Below are positions 38,520 through 48,317 of a stretch of 64,000 nt of DNA, in pieces. The notes under the pieces are model-generated. The model ran no database searches. It worked only from the letters and a program-made list of their open reading frames with translations, and was not told the origin of the DNA. This DNA comes from Candidatus Bathyarchaeia archaeon. Its GTDB lineage: Archaea; Thermoproteota; Bathyarchaeia; Bathyarchaeales; Bathycorpusculaceae. Numbering within the stretch: position 1 is the first letter of the stretch; the number at the start of each line of letters is the position of its first letter. The position numbers and the translations under genes were made by a program. The stretch is from assembly GCA_050015395.1 (NCBI GenBank), contig JBEKBM010000013.1, positions 17,970 to 81,969 of the forward strand, in the 5' to 3' direction.

Positions 38520-38945
38520 GTGAAAATTATGACAGCAAATCAAGGAATAACATTCGCGTATATTGTGTCGCTGGTTGGAGGCTTAATTATACTAATAGCC
38601 AGCATACTGAACGTGGTCTGGTATAGTTCAGGCGCTCCAAACTTTGGCGGATACGGCAGTTTCATGCGTGGAATGATGGATGGCTACCACAATTTCATGG
38701 GCAGCTACGGCGGCTCTTATGGTTTTCTAGCTGGAATCTCACTGGTAGGCGTGATCTGCGGCGTCATCGTGTTGATGGGCGCTATCATGCTAAGAGTCCA
38801 ACCACGAGATCACATGATCTGGGCAATAGTCATCATCGTGTTCTCAGCCATCAGCTTTGTAGGCATGGGCGGTTTCTTCATAGGAGCAATACTCGGCATT
38901 ATCGGCGGAGCATTCGATTTAAGCATCAGACAAATAAAACCTTGA
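38520..38945 (+). CDS. Membrane protein (DUF6114-like)
   Basis: LVGGLIIL...GGFFIGAILGIIGG. Confidence 0.7.
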   Translation: MKIMTANQGITFAYIVSLVGGLIILIASILNVVWYSSGAPNFGGYGSFMRGMMDGYHNFMGSYGGSYGFLAGISLVGVICGVIVLMGAIMLRVQPRDHMIWAIVIIVFSAISFVGMGGFFIGAILGIIGGAFDLSIRQIKP

Positions 38946-39051
38946 CTAAGCCTTGCGTGTACACCGCCCACCAATAATTTTCTTAAAGTTATTCAACGTC
39001 TGGTTTAAGTTGCTTTTCATGAACAGAGCTTAGTTTGGGCTCTTCTTACCT

Positions 39052-39104
39052 GTCACTCAAGTACATTGTTACTAGTCACGCATATCCATAGTTATACGTC
39101 ACTG
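39052..39104 (-). repeat. 53-bp element with 23-bp periodicity, copy 2 (inverted)
   Basis: Reverse complement cagtgacgtataactatggatatgcgtgactagtaacaatgtacttgagtgac; 46/53 identical to 29678..29730 by hand. Confidence 0.85.
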
Positions 39105-39191
39105 CAACGCCAAACATGCCCAAAATAGCTCCAGCGCCCTCTTTGGATACTTGGACTCGATACGAGTGATAATAAGATTGAGTGATTTTGT

Positions 39192-39292
39192 TGGTAGCGG
39201 GGACTAGATTTGAACTAGTGATCTCTGGGTGTCTCACTACGCTTAGCGCAGTTATGAGCCCAGCGGGTTAATCCTGGCTACCCCACCCCGCT
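39192..39292 (-). tRNA. Initiator tRNA-Met(CAT) with a canonical 37/38 intron (39231..39252)
   Basis: A1-U72 acceptor AGCGGGG/CCCCGCT-A-CCA, three G-C pairs in the anticodon stem, 22-nt intron with BHB (CTCA/TGAG). Confidence 0.95.
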
Positions 39293-39417
39293 AAATCTTT
39301 GTTCGATAATTTCTATTTTAGCAACCTATTACTCTATTCGTCAAATATTAATAGTTTCTTTTTCATTGTCGGCAAAAGGATTTTAGATGCGACTTATACT
39401 TCTTTGGCGAAGGATGT

Positions 39418-40095
39418 TTGCTGATGAATAAGGCGTATTTGCGTAAGCTTTCAAATCCGACTCTTGAGAACCCATTTTTCGTTCAAGGATTGCCTGGCTT
39501 TGGGAATGTTGGCAGAATTGCGGCGCATCTTCTTATAAAGTTCTGTGATGCTAAGCCTTTTGCGGAGTTGTATTCGCCTTCTTTTCCTGATTATGTTTCA
39601 ATAAATGCTAAGGGTATATGCCATTTGCCGCGGTATGAGTTTTATTATGCTCCTATGGTGAAAAACAATTTGGTTATAATGACGGGTGAAATTCAGCCTT
39701 CGTTTGATGATGTGGTTGCTCACTATGAGGTTTGTGAAGAAGTGATTGATTTTGTTGAAACGTTAGGTTGCCATTTCATCGTAACCATGGGCGGGATACC
39801 CATAGCTGAGGATAAAGCTCAGGTTTACATTGCCGCTACTTCACCGAGGTTGGCAACTGAGTTTATGGAAAAAGGCGCGGTTATTTACAGCAAAGGCAGA
39901 ATCGTTGGTGGAACAGGACTTACCTTGGCGATGGCGAAGGAAAGGAAACTGGAAGGGGTTAGCTTGCTTGGAACAACGACGGGTTTCAGAGCAGACCGTG
40001 AAGCCGGATTTCTTGTTTTCAAGTTTTTGATGAAGGCTTTAGGAAAAGAGATAAAAGAAGGTTTAGTAGAAAACAATGCACCAGAAGAACAGTAA
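39418..40095 (+). CDS. PAC2 family (proteasome assembly chaperone-like) protein
   Basis: GLPGFGNVGRIAA, LYSPSFP, TGEIQP, IVGGTGL. Confidence 0.88.
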   Translation: MLMNKAYLRKLSNPTLENPFFVQGLPGFGNVGRIAAHLLIKFCDAKPFAELYSPSFPDYVSINAKGICHLPRYEFYYAPMVKNNLVIMTGEIQPSFDDVVAHYEVCEEVIDFVETLGCHFIVTMGGIPIAEDKAQVYIAATSPRLATEFMEKGAVIYSKGRIVGGTGLTLAMAKERKLEGVSLLGTTTGFRADREAGFLVFKFLMKALGKEIKEGLVENNAPEEQ

Positions 40096-40107
40096 GTTGG
40101 GTGTCGC

Positions 40108-40344
40108 ATGACTGAAAATGAAGAAAACGTGAATGTTACCGGTATATACTCGAAATTCTGGAGAATCACACTAGTAGTTTTATCGATGCTTCTAGTCTTC
40201 GTTGGTCCAACTTACGTTCCATACGCCATGGTGAAAGTCCTTAAAATAGACTATTTTGCCTCAATAGGCGCAGGCATCATCCTATTTATAGTAGGCATAG
40301 TATTTATGCTGTTCCTTATCAGAAAGAAGCTAATAATAATGTAA
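40108..40344 (+). CDS. Small 2-TM membrane protein
   Basis: Two hydrophobic helices around FVGPTY. Confidence 0.65.
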   Translation: MTENEENVNVTGIYSKFWRITLVVLSMLLVFVGPTYVPYAMVKVLKIDYFASIGAGIILFIVGIVFMLFLIRKKLIIM

Positions 40345-40518
40345 GTTTGCCTCAGATACCCCAGGGTGCATCATCAATCAGCATTTTGGATTCTTCATCG
40401 GCAACTTCTAGAGACATAACCTGTTTTATTTAACTATTCTTTGAACTTTCGGAAAGAAACTTGACTATAAATATACTTCCTGAATACATAAGTCATATTA
40501 AATATTAACATAGAAATA

Positions 40519-41112
40519 GTGTCTATGCAGGACAGCAACCGAAGAAGCCTTGATGCGCCAAAAGAGAAAAGTGAAGAAGCAAAAAGAACAACGATTATCC
40601 TTGAAAAGAGCGAACGAGAATTCATTGAATCATTAATTAAGGATGGGAAAGAGCCTGGAATCAAACCGCTCATCTCCAAAATGCTTGACATTTACAGAAG
40701 CATGATGATTTATGATTGGCGGTTCCCCGGCGAATACTACTGTGGAATAAGCCGCATAGCGCTTGTAAACGTTGAATTATTCAACATACTAACACAGCAG
40801 ATTCCTAAGGAAAAGTGGCTTGAGATTGGTGAAAAAATGGGTGATGCCCTAAAGGTTTCTATTCAATCAACACTAGGAATTGAAGCAAGTGAACAGAAAA
40901 ATTGGGAAAAGATATTTGAACGGCTGAAAGTGCAGGGATTCGGAGATTTCTATTTGAAAGACAAGTTTTTGCTTTTGAAAACTCCATTTATTAACGATTG
41001 CGAAATTTGGAAGGGCATCATGGAAGGGCTCTTAAGTGTAGAGTTAGAAACACGAAATTCGGCGCCGCCGCTGGTTTTTGAAATTAAAAAACGGAAGCCG
41101 TCTTCAGTTTAA
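40519..41112 (+). CDS. Hypothetical protein, possible ribbon-helix-helix regulator with ligand-binding domain
   Basis: N-terminal RTTIILEKSEREFIESLI resembles RHH; the C-terminal region loosely resembles V4R-type domains (inference). Confidence 0.6.
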   Translation: MSMQDSNRRSLDAPKEKSEEAKRTTIILEKSEREFIESLIKDGKEPGIKPLISKMLDIYRSMMIYDWRFPGEYYCGISRIALVNVELFNILTQQIPKEKWLEIGEKMGDALKVSIQSTLGIEASEQKNWEKIFERLKVQGFGDFYLKDKFLLLKTPFINDCEIWKGIMEGLLSVELETRNSAPPLVFEIKKRKPSSV

Positions 41113-41363
41113 TGCCTTTTTAGCGTTCCGACAGTTAAATATTAGGAAAACAGTTTATTAGGAAGTCAGGTGTTCAGGTGTCTTTCAGTGGTATATGATG
41201 AGGGATTGCGTTCATACAAGGCGATTGCGTTCATTAAAAGCAATCCAAACTGTTCAAGTCTAAAAACGAAAAGCTACTTGGTATTAGGCGCATTCCTTCA
41301 AAAAACCGTTTTATCAAAACAAAAAACCCTTAGAAGTTTCTCTAAAAATTTAGGTGAAAAATT

Positions 41364-42365
41364 ATGGATAAAGTAAAATTTGCTATACCAGCAGGCTCCC
41401 TATCAAAGGCAACCTTTGAAATATTCCAGCGTTCAGGCTATAAAGTCCAAGGTCAAGAACGCACCTACCGACCAACCATAAACGACCCAAAAATTGAGTT
41501 AAAAATCCTCAGACCCCAAGAAATCCCATTCTTTGTCAGCGAAGGCTTACAAGACATAGGCATCACCGGCGAAGATTGGATACGCGAAACACGCACCGAC
41601 GTGGAAGTGCTGCAGAACCTTGAGTACGGAAAAATCCGCTTAATCGTAGCTGTGCCAGAAGCTTTGAGTGAAATCGGCGGCATGTCTGAAATAATGGAGG
41701 ATGTTTGGAGCAAAGGCAAAAACTTCCGCGTGTCAACCGAGTACCTAAACATCGCTTCTGAGTACATAAAAAGCAATCTATCGTACAAGAAACGCTTCGG
41801 AGAATCAGACCCGATGATGGTGACGCCTTGGTGGAGAAAGGGCGACAACCCGAGAGCGAAAATCTTCCTTTCGTTTGGTGCAACGGAAGCTAAACCGCCA
41901 GAAAACTCTGACTGCATTATTGACGTTACAGAAACAGGTACCACGCTTGAAGCAAACAACCTCAAGATTGTTGAAACAGTTATGCAGTCGACAGCCGTGC
42001 TAATCGCAAACAAGAAAGCCTTAGAAGACCCAGAAAAGAAAGAGAAAATCTATGACATAGTTAGCTTGCTTAAGGGCGTGGTTGATGGTTCCAAAAGGAT
42101 ACACATTTTCGTTAACGTTCGCAAAGCTAACCTGCAAAAACTGCTTGACAGTTTACCCGCACTCAAAAATCCAACCATAGCGCCCCTAGCTGATAAGGAA
42201 TGGTGCTCAGTCAACACCGTCATCGAGAAAGACTGCTTAATTGAGCTCTTGCCAAAAATCCGTAAACTTGCCCAAGGCCTAGTAGTGTATGAGCCACGGC
42301 AGGTGCTGGCTTTAGACGAGATTAGTAAGAGAGAGGAGAACCCGTGCAAAGGCAAGCCCAAGTGA
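41364..42365 (+). CDS. hisG: ATP phosphoribosyltransferase (long form)
   Basis: AIPAGSL, LRPQEIP, DIGITGED, GATEAKP, DVTETGTTLEANNL, C-terminal regulatory domain. Confidence 0.95.
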   Translation: MDKVKFAIPAGSLSKATFEIFQRSGYKVQGQERTYRPTINDPKIELKILRPQEIPFFVSEGLQDIGITGEDWIRETRTDVEVLQNLEYGKIRLIVAVPEALSEIGGMSEIMEDVWSKGKNFRVSTEYLNIASEYIKSNLSYKKRFGESDPMMVTPWWRKGDNPRAKIFLSFGATEAKPPENSDCIIDVTETGTTLEANNLKIVETVMQSTAVLIANKKALEDPEKKEKIYDIVSLLKGVVDGSKRIHIFVNVRKANLQKLLDSLPALKNPTIAPLADKEWCSVNTVIEKDCLIELLPKIRKLAQGLVVYEPRQVLALDEISKREENPCKGKPK

Positions 42366-43645
42366 GAGTCTGGAAATCAGAAGCGCTGCCAGCAGACTGG
42401 TTTAAACGGCAGAAAGCGGACGAAAAGGCAGTTCAAGAAGTTGAAAACAGCGTTAAAGCTATCGTAAAGCAAGTCAAAGATAACGGCAATGGTGCGCTGG
42501 TTGAGTTTGCCCTAAAATTTGACAAAGCCGAACTAACCCTGCGAACCCTTAAAGTCAAGACGGAAGAAATCAAGGAAGCTTACAAGAAAGCTAGCCTCGA
42601 ACAAGTTTCAGCTCTAAAATTCATGAAAGAAAAAGTCAATGCCTTCCAAAAGCAACTGCTCACCCAAACTGAAATCAAGACCTCGAGCGATGGCATATGG
42701 GTTCAGACTGTTCTGCGTCCAATTGAAAGTGTCGGTTGCTACGTTCCAGGAGGACAAGCCGCTTACCCAAGCACGCTTATCATGACTGCGGTTCCAGCCA
42801 AAGTAGCAGGCGTCCCAAGGATTGTCGTTTGTTCACCACCAGACACAAAAGGCAAAGTTAACCCGCTCGTTCTTGTCGCCGCCGATATCTGCGGAGTCGA
42901 TGAGGTTTACAAGGTTGGCGGAGCCCAAGCCATAGCCGCTTTAGCTTACGGAACAAAAACCATAAAGCCTGTACGAAAAATCGTCGGTCCAGGCAGCAAA
43001 TACGTGACAGCGGCGAAGGTTCTAGTTTCAACGGATGTGGCGATTGACATGCCGGCTGGCCCAAGCGAAGTGCTCGTTTTGGCTGATGCGTCGGCTGATG
43101 CGCGGTTCATTGCTTTTGATATGGTTTCGCAGGCCGAGCATGGTGGAGACAGCGTTGCTGGACTCATAACAACTTCTGAAAAGGTTGCTTTGCAAGTTCA
43201 AGAGAATCTGGCAACGGTTGCCGCTTCAGCAGGAAGGGGCGAAAAAGTCTCAGAGGCACTAGCCAAATACGGCTTCATAATAGTCTGCAAAAGCATGGAA
43301 GAGGCGGTCAGTTTAGTTAATCAGTTTGCTCCTGAACACTTAGAAGTCATGACCGCTAAGCCCAAGGAGATTGCAGAGAAACTAACCGCTGGTCTCATAC
43401 TCATAGGTCCATACAGCCCAGTTGCCCTAAGCGATTACGGCAGTGGAACCAACCACGTACTACCAACAGGCGGCTTCGCGCAGTCATTTTCAGGCTTATC
43501 CGCTTTGGACTTTATGCGGCGAGTAAGCATAGTCGAAAGCTCAAGAACAGGTCTAGAAAGAGTAAAAGACAGCATTAAGGTTATGGCAGAAGCAGAAAAT
43601 CTTCCAAATCACTACAGAGCAATTCAGGCAAGGTTTGAAAAATGA
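42344..43645 (+). CDS. hisD: Histidinol dehydrogenase
   Basis: YVPGG, GGAQAIAALAYG, DMPAGPSE, QAEH, APEHL, GTNHVLPT. Confidence 0.96.
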   Translation: MQRQAQVRVWKSEALPADWFKRQKADEKAVQEVENSVKAIVKQVKDNGNGALVEFALKFDKAELTLRTLKVKTEEIKEAYKKASLEQVSALKFMKEKVNAFQKQLLTQTEIKTSSDGIWVQTVLRPIESVGCYVPGGQAAYPSTLIMTAVPAKVAGVPRIVVCSPPDTKGKVNPLVLVAADICGVDEVYKVGGAQAIAALAYGTKTIKPVRKIVGPGSKYVTAAKVLVSTDVAIDMPAGPSEVLVLADASADARFIAFDMVSQAEHGGDSVAGLITTSEKVALQVQENLATVAASAGRGEKVSEALAKYGFIIVCKSMEEAVSLVNQFAPEHLEVMTAKPKEIAEKLTAGLILIGPYSPVALSDYGSGTNHVLPTGGFAQSFSGLSALDFMRRVSIVESSRTGLERVKDSIKVMAEAENLPNHYRAIQARFEK

Positions 43646-44766
43646 GTGCATCATACAGGAAATGGCTTAAAGATAAACTCGTGAAGCTTCAAGCAATAGA
43701 CTGCTACTCTGCTGGAGCTTCACCCGAAACAGTAGCGAAGCAAATAGGCGTCCCTACAAAACAAATAATCAAGCTAAATTTCAACGAGAACCTGTTCATT
43801 CCAAGAGCGAAGCAAGCTAAACTTGTTAAAGAGTTGGCTGATGAGATTGATTTGCGACTGTACCCTGAGGATGAAGAGGCAAAGCTGCGGGAAAAGCTTA
43901 CTACGTACATTAAGGCTCCAAAAGACCGCCTCGTTGTTGGTAACGCAAGCGACGAATTAATCGACCGAATCGTTAGGCTTTTTGTTGAGAAAGATGAAAG
44001 TGCGGTTTCGTTTGCGCCAACATTCGCTATTCCAAGACTTTGCGTTAAACGGCAAGAAGGCGAATACTTTACGGTGCCGCTTCTAAGCAACTTGCAGCTT
44101 GATGTTAAAGGGATGCTGTCCAAGTTTTCGGATAAAACCAGGTTACTGTACCTTTGTTCGCCCAATAATCCGACTTCGACCCAGTTTAAAGTAGAAGACG
44201 TTGAAACCTTAGCCAAAGCTTTTCCTGGAATCGTCATCTTAGACGAGGCGTACGGTGAATTTGCTGACTACTCACTGGTGCCACGAATAGGTGAATTTGA
44301 GAACATGATTATTCTCAGAACGTTCTCCAAAGCCTTCGGTTTAGCTGCGCTGAGGCTAGGCTACGCCGTGGCAAATCCCGAGTTAGCAAAGATTTTGACC
44401 GAGAAAACTCCGTTGCCCTATCCTGTGAGTGGTTTCACGTTGAGGATGGGTTGCAAGATGCTGGATAATGTTGACTTGATGAAGGAATCCGTGAGGGAAC
44501 TGAAACGCGAACGGGGAAAACTGATAAAGGCACTAAACGAAATAGATGGCGTGCAAGCATTCGATTCACAAGCAAACTTCCTGCTAGTCAACACACAAAA
44601 ACCCTGCGACCAAGTTAACGAGAAGCTACTAAAACGGGGCATAATGCTCAAGAAATGGGGCAAAATCCTCCAATACGAAAACTGCTTCCGCGTTACAGTT
44701 GGTTTGCCAGAAATGAATGCTAAACTAATTGAAGCGTTAAAGCAAATTCAAGGTGAAATGAAGTGA
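43642..44766 (+). CDS. hisC: Histidinol-phosphate aminotransferase
   Basis: KLNFNEN, SPNNPT, DEAY, RTFSKAFGLAALRLGY. Confidence 0.95.
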   Translation: MSASYRKWLKDKLVKLQAIDCYSAGASPETVAKQIGVPTKQIIKLNFNENLFIPRAKQAKLVKELADEIDLRLYPEDEEAKLREKLTTYIKAPKDRLVVGNASDELIDRIVRLFVEKDESAVSFAPTFAIPRLCVKRQEGEYFTVPLLSNLQLDVKGMLSKFSDKTRLLYLCSPNNPTSTQFKVEDVETLAKAFPGIVILDEAYGEFADYSLVPRIGEFENMIILRTFSKAFGLAALRLGYAVANPELAKILTEKTPLPYPVSGFTLRMGCKMLDNVDLMKESVRELKRERGKLIKALNEIDGVQAFDSQANFLLVNTQKPCDQVNEKLLKRGIMLKKWGKILQYENCFRVTVGLPEMNAKLIEALKQIQGEMK

Positions 44767-45338
44767 GAGCTGAAGAAGTTTACCGAAAAACCAAAGAAAC
44801 AGAAGTTCAAGTAAAAGTGAACCTTGACGGCGAAGGAAAAGTCAACGTAGCCACGGGCGTGCCCTTCCTTGACCACATGATAACTTCACTTGCCACCCAC
44901 AGCCTAATCGACATAACCGCGTCAGTGAAAGGCGATTTGGTGCACCACTCAGTTGAAGATTTAGCCATAGGCTTAGGTGAAGCATTAAACAAAGCCTTAG
45001 GCACACGAGAATGCATCGCACGTTTCGGCAATGCCGCTGCGCCGATGGATTGCTCTTTAGCGTTTGCAGCCGTGGACTTGGTGAAACGTCCCTACTTCAA
45101 AATTGACCTTAAACTCAGAGGCAAAAAAGTAGAGAACATGCCAACCGAAGACATCAATCACTTCTTTGAATCCTTCGCCACTTCACTGCAGGCAAACGTC
45201 CACGTGTTCGTCGAATATGGCAGCAATGACCACCACAAGGCAGAAGCGGCAGTTAAAGCCCTCGCCCTATCGCTTAGACAGGCGGTAGCCTTAGACCCAA
45301 GAAGAAAAGGTGTGCCAAGCTCAAAAGGAGTCATCTAA
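44763..45338 (+). CDS. hisB: Imidazoleglycerol-phosphate dehydratase
   Basis: RKTKET, FLDHM, HHSVED, NDHHKAEA, PSSKG. Confidence 0.96.
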   Translation: MRAEEVYRKTKETEVQVKVNLDGEGKVNVATGVPFLDHMITSLATHSLIDITASVKGDLVHHSVEDLAIGLGEALNKALGTRECIARFGNAAAPMDCSLAFAAVDLVKRPYFKIDLKLRGKKVENMPTEDINHFFESFATSLQANVHVFVEYGSNDHHKAEAAVKALALSLRQAVALDPRRKGVPSSKGVI

Positions 45339-45943
45339 TGCCAAAAGTAGTAATATTCGACTATGGCGTAGGAAACCTGCTCAGCCTAAAATGCGCCCTA
45401 GAAAAAGCAGGCTTAGATACATCAATTGGCACTTCGGCGCAACAATTAGCCAAGGCAGATGCCATTGCTTTGCCTGGTGTTGGGAACTTTAGCGCTGCAG
45501 TCACAAAACTGGACGCGGCCAAAGAGACGCTCATAAACAAGGTTGAAGATGGTACACCGCTGCTCGGTATATGCTTAGGCTTGCAGCTTTTCTTTGAGGA
45601 AAGCGAAGAAGGACCAGGAAACGGCTTAGCACTCTTCAAGGGCAAAACAGTCCGCCTGCCCAACACTGTTAAGGTGCCGCACATGGGATGGAACACACTA
45701 AACATCGTTAAACAAAACGAGCTTTTCGACGGCGTAAAGGAGGACTCTTACGTTTACTTTGTCCACTCGCTCTACCCTGTCCCAGTTGACAAAACGATAG
45801 TGTGCACACAAACCGAATACGGCACAACCTTCACTTCAGCAATAGCCAGCAAAAACGTTTACGGCACACAGTTCCACCCAGAAAAATCAGGCGACATAGG
45901 ATTAAAAATTCTGAAAAACTTTGCTAAAGCAGTGGTAAGGTGA
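45338..45943 (+). CDS. hisH: Imidazole glycerol phosphate synthase, glutaminase subunit
   Basis: DYGVGNL, LPGVG, GICLGLQ, PHMGWN, QFHPEKS. Confidence 0.96.
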   Translation: MPKVVIFDYGVGNLLSLKCALEKAGLDTSIGTSAQQLAKADAIALPGVGNFSAAVTKLDAAKETLINKVEDGTPLLGICLGLQLFFEESEEGPGNGLALFKGKTVRLPNTVKVPHMGWNTLNIVKQNELFDGVKEDSYVYFVHSLYPVPVDKTIVCTQTEYGTTFTSAIASKNVYGTQFHPEKSGDIGLKILKNFAKAVVR

Positions 45944-45949
45944 CTTTGG

Positions 45950-46672
45950 ATGCAGTTAATTCCAGCCATAGACCTCATGAATGGCAAAATCGTCAGGTTA
46001 TCCCGCGGCGACCCAAAGACTGCTAAGGTTTATGACCAGTTTGGAGGACCCGTAGAAACCGCAAAGCGGTGGCGCGATGAAGGCGCTGGCAAATTGCATA
46101 TTATCGATTTGGATGCGACTTTCGGCACAGGAAACAATCATGATGCCATCTCGGAAATTGCAGCGAACATAGCTTTGCCAATTCAGGTCGGTGGCGGAAT
46201 CCGCAGCTTCGAGACAGCGGCGATTCTGTTCAAGACTGGGATTAGTCAAGTTATTCTTGGCGCCTTAGCATTCAGTGACCAGTCAGCGATTGGTAAGATT
46301 CAGAAAAGGTTCGGCGCTGAATCAGTTATCGTTGCCTTAGACAATAAGGATGGGCGGATTATGGTTGAGGGCTGGAAAACGGCAACCGCGTTAAACGTAA
46401 AAGAGGCGCTGGAAAAATTCACCAAGCTTGGCGTAAAAACGTTCCTTATAACTTCAATCGCTCAAGATGGAATGCTCAGCGGTCCAGACCTAAAAACACT
46501 CAGCGAAGCCGTCCAGTTCCAAAATGCCAAAATCATTGCGGCTGGCGGAATTGGCAGCATAAATGACCTAATTGCTCTAAAGCATATTGGAGTGGATGGG
46601 GCAGTGATTGGAAAAGCCCTTTATGAAGGCAGATTCACTCTAAAAGAAGCCATAAACAAGATAGGAGCTTAA
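45950..46672 (+). CDS. hisA: ProFAR isomerase
   Basis: IPAIDL, QVGGGIR, DGMLSGPD, GKALYEG. Confidence 0.96.
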   Translation: MQLIPAIDLMNGKIVRLSRGDPKTAKVYDQFGGPVETAKRWRDEGAGKLHIIDLDATFGTGNNHDAISEIAANIALPIQVGGGIRSFETAAILFKTGISQVILGALAFSDQSAIGKIQKRFGAESVIVALDNKDGRIMVEGWKTATALNVKEALEKFTKLGVKTFLITSIAQDGMLSGPDLKTLSEAVQFQNAKIIAAGGIGSINDLIALKHIGVDGAVIGKALYEGRFTLKEAINKIGA

Positions 46673-46675
46673 AAT

Positions 46676-47479
46676 ATGCCGTTAGCTAAACGTATCGTTC
46701 CATGCCTCGATGTGGACCATGGAAAAGTTGTCAAATGCATAAACTTTCTCAATCCAAAGCGGGCAGGCGACCCAGTTGAAATGGCTAAGCGCTATTCCGA
46801 TGAAGGAGCTGATGAACTGGTTTTTCTCGACATAACTGCATCTTCAGAGAAACGGGACATTTTGCGTGGAGTTGTTGAAGGGGTAGCGAGGGCAATCAGT
46901 ATCCCATTTACTGTCGGCGGCGGCATCCGCAACGTAGCAGACGCAAGGCTGGTTTTATGCAGCGGCGCCGATAAGGTTTCGGTTAACACCGCGGCAGTTG
47001 AAAACCCCAAAGTCATTACCGAGCTAGCTGACGTTTTCGGCCAGCAATGCGTCGTCACTGCTATTGACGCAAAAAGAAACCATAAGTCAAGCGAAGGCAA
47101 AATTATGGTTGACGCAGGCGAAGGCAGAGTGTGGTTTGAAGTTTATACTTACGGGGGAAGAAAACCAACCGGAATCGACGCTATACAATGGGCACTGCAA
47201 GCAGAGAAGCTTGGCGCAGGAGAGTTTTTAGTTACCTCCATGGATAAGGATGGCACAGAAGACGGCTACGACATTGAGTTGACGCGCGCGATTTCTGAGC
47301 GGGTTAATGTTCCACTTATCGCAAGCGGCGGCGCTGGAATCCCAAAACATTTCCTTGACGTTTTCACCGATGGAAAAGCGGATGCAGCGTTGGCAGCTTC
47401 AGTTTTCCACTACAACAAGTACCCTGTCCCAGTTATCAAAGACTTCTTGCGTAAAGCGGGGGTGACTATTAGACAATGA
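46676..47479 (+). CDS. hisF: Imidazole glycerol phosphate synthase, cyclase subunit
   Basis: [37 protein letters not shown]. Confidence 0.97.
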   Translation: MPLAKRIVPCLDVDHGKVVKCINFLNPKRAGDPVEMAKRYSDEGADELVFLDITASSEKRDILRGVVEGVARAISIPFTVGGGIRNVADARLVLCSGADKVSVNTAAVENPKVITELADVFGQQCVVTAIDAKRNHKSSEGKIMVDAGEGRVWFEVYTYGGRKPTGIDAIQWALQAEKLGAGEFLVTSMDKDGTEDGYDIELTRAISERVNVPLIASGGAGIPKHFLDVFTDGKADAALAASVFHYNKYPVPVIKDFLRKAGVTIRQ

Positions 47480-47808
47480 CGACAGCAGATTTACTTGAAA
47501 AATTAGACTTCAAAAAAGGCAACGGGCTCATCCCAGTCGTTGTTCAAGATGCAAAAACAAAAGAAACACTCATGCTAGCCTACGCGAACAGGCAAGCAGT
47601 AGAAAACACGCTCAAAACGGGTAAGGCAACTTATTGGAGCCGCTCCAGAAACGAGTTATGGGTTAAAGGCGAAACCTCAGGGAACACCCAAAAAATCGTG
47701 TCCGTATCAACCGATTGTGACTATGACGCACTCCTATATGTGGTAGAGCAGAAAGGCGTCGTATGCCACACTGGAGCACCCACTTGCTTCTACAATAAAA
47801 TGATATAA
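47476..47808 (+). CDS. hisI: Phosphoribosyl-AMP cyclohydrolase
   Basis: [25 protein letters not shown]...CF. Confidence 0.95.
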   Translation: MTTADLLEKLDFKKGNGLIPVVVQDAKTKETLMLAYANRQAVENTLKTGKATYWSRSRNELWVKGETSGNTQKIVSVSTDCDYDALLYVVEQKGVVCHTGAPTCFYNKMI

Positions 47809-47881
47809 AATTTCTTTTTGAAAATAAATTTATTTTTCTTTTGCTGAAAAGGTTAAGTTTGCGAAGTCTTTAATTATAAGC

Positions 47882-48226
47882 ATGGAAAGGCAAGTTGAAA
47901 AGCTACCTGAAGTTCTAAGGAAAAAAGGGCTAGAACAAAAGATAGCTGAAGTTTGCAGGAAAAACGATGCTGTTTTTTTGGCAGTGTTTGGATCTTTTGT
48001 TAGAGGTGAACAGAATAGAAAAAGTGATGTTGATATTGCAATTGAGTTTGACCAGAGCAAAAGAAAGACCCTCTTGGATTTGCTTCGTTTGGAAGATGAA
48101 TTAAGTATAGTTTTCAAGAGAAAGGTGGATCTTGGGGTTTTCAGCAGCTTAAATCCTTGCATAGTCGAAGACGTGAAGAGAGAGATGCGCGTCATTTATG
48201 AAAAAAAGGTAAACCGTAACGGTTAA
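47882..48226 (+). CDS. Minimal nucleotidyltransferase (MNT antitoxin); HEPN partner absent
   Basis: VFGSFVRGE...SDVDIAIEF...RKVDL. Confidence 0.88.
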   Translation: MERQVEKLPEVLRKKGLEQKIAEVCRKNDAVFLAVFGSFVRGEQNRKSDVDIAIEFDQSKRKTLLDLLRLEDELSIVFKRKVDLGVFSSLNPCIVEDVKREMRVIYEKKVNRNG

Positions 48227-48317
48227 TTTTGCTGGTAAGTGTTTCATAGCAAGCTCTTGTGGCTAATGCTTTTAAACAAAAAAGCCCATCTGTTCTTTAG
48301 GGGTTAAGTGAGAGATT

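Noticed and set aside
41195-41263. Possible His-attenuator leader peptide or C/D box sRNA
   Set aside because: The short ORF has only one His codon, and no CTGA D box follows the ATGATGA.
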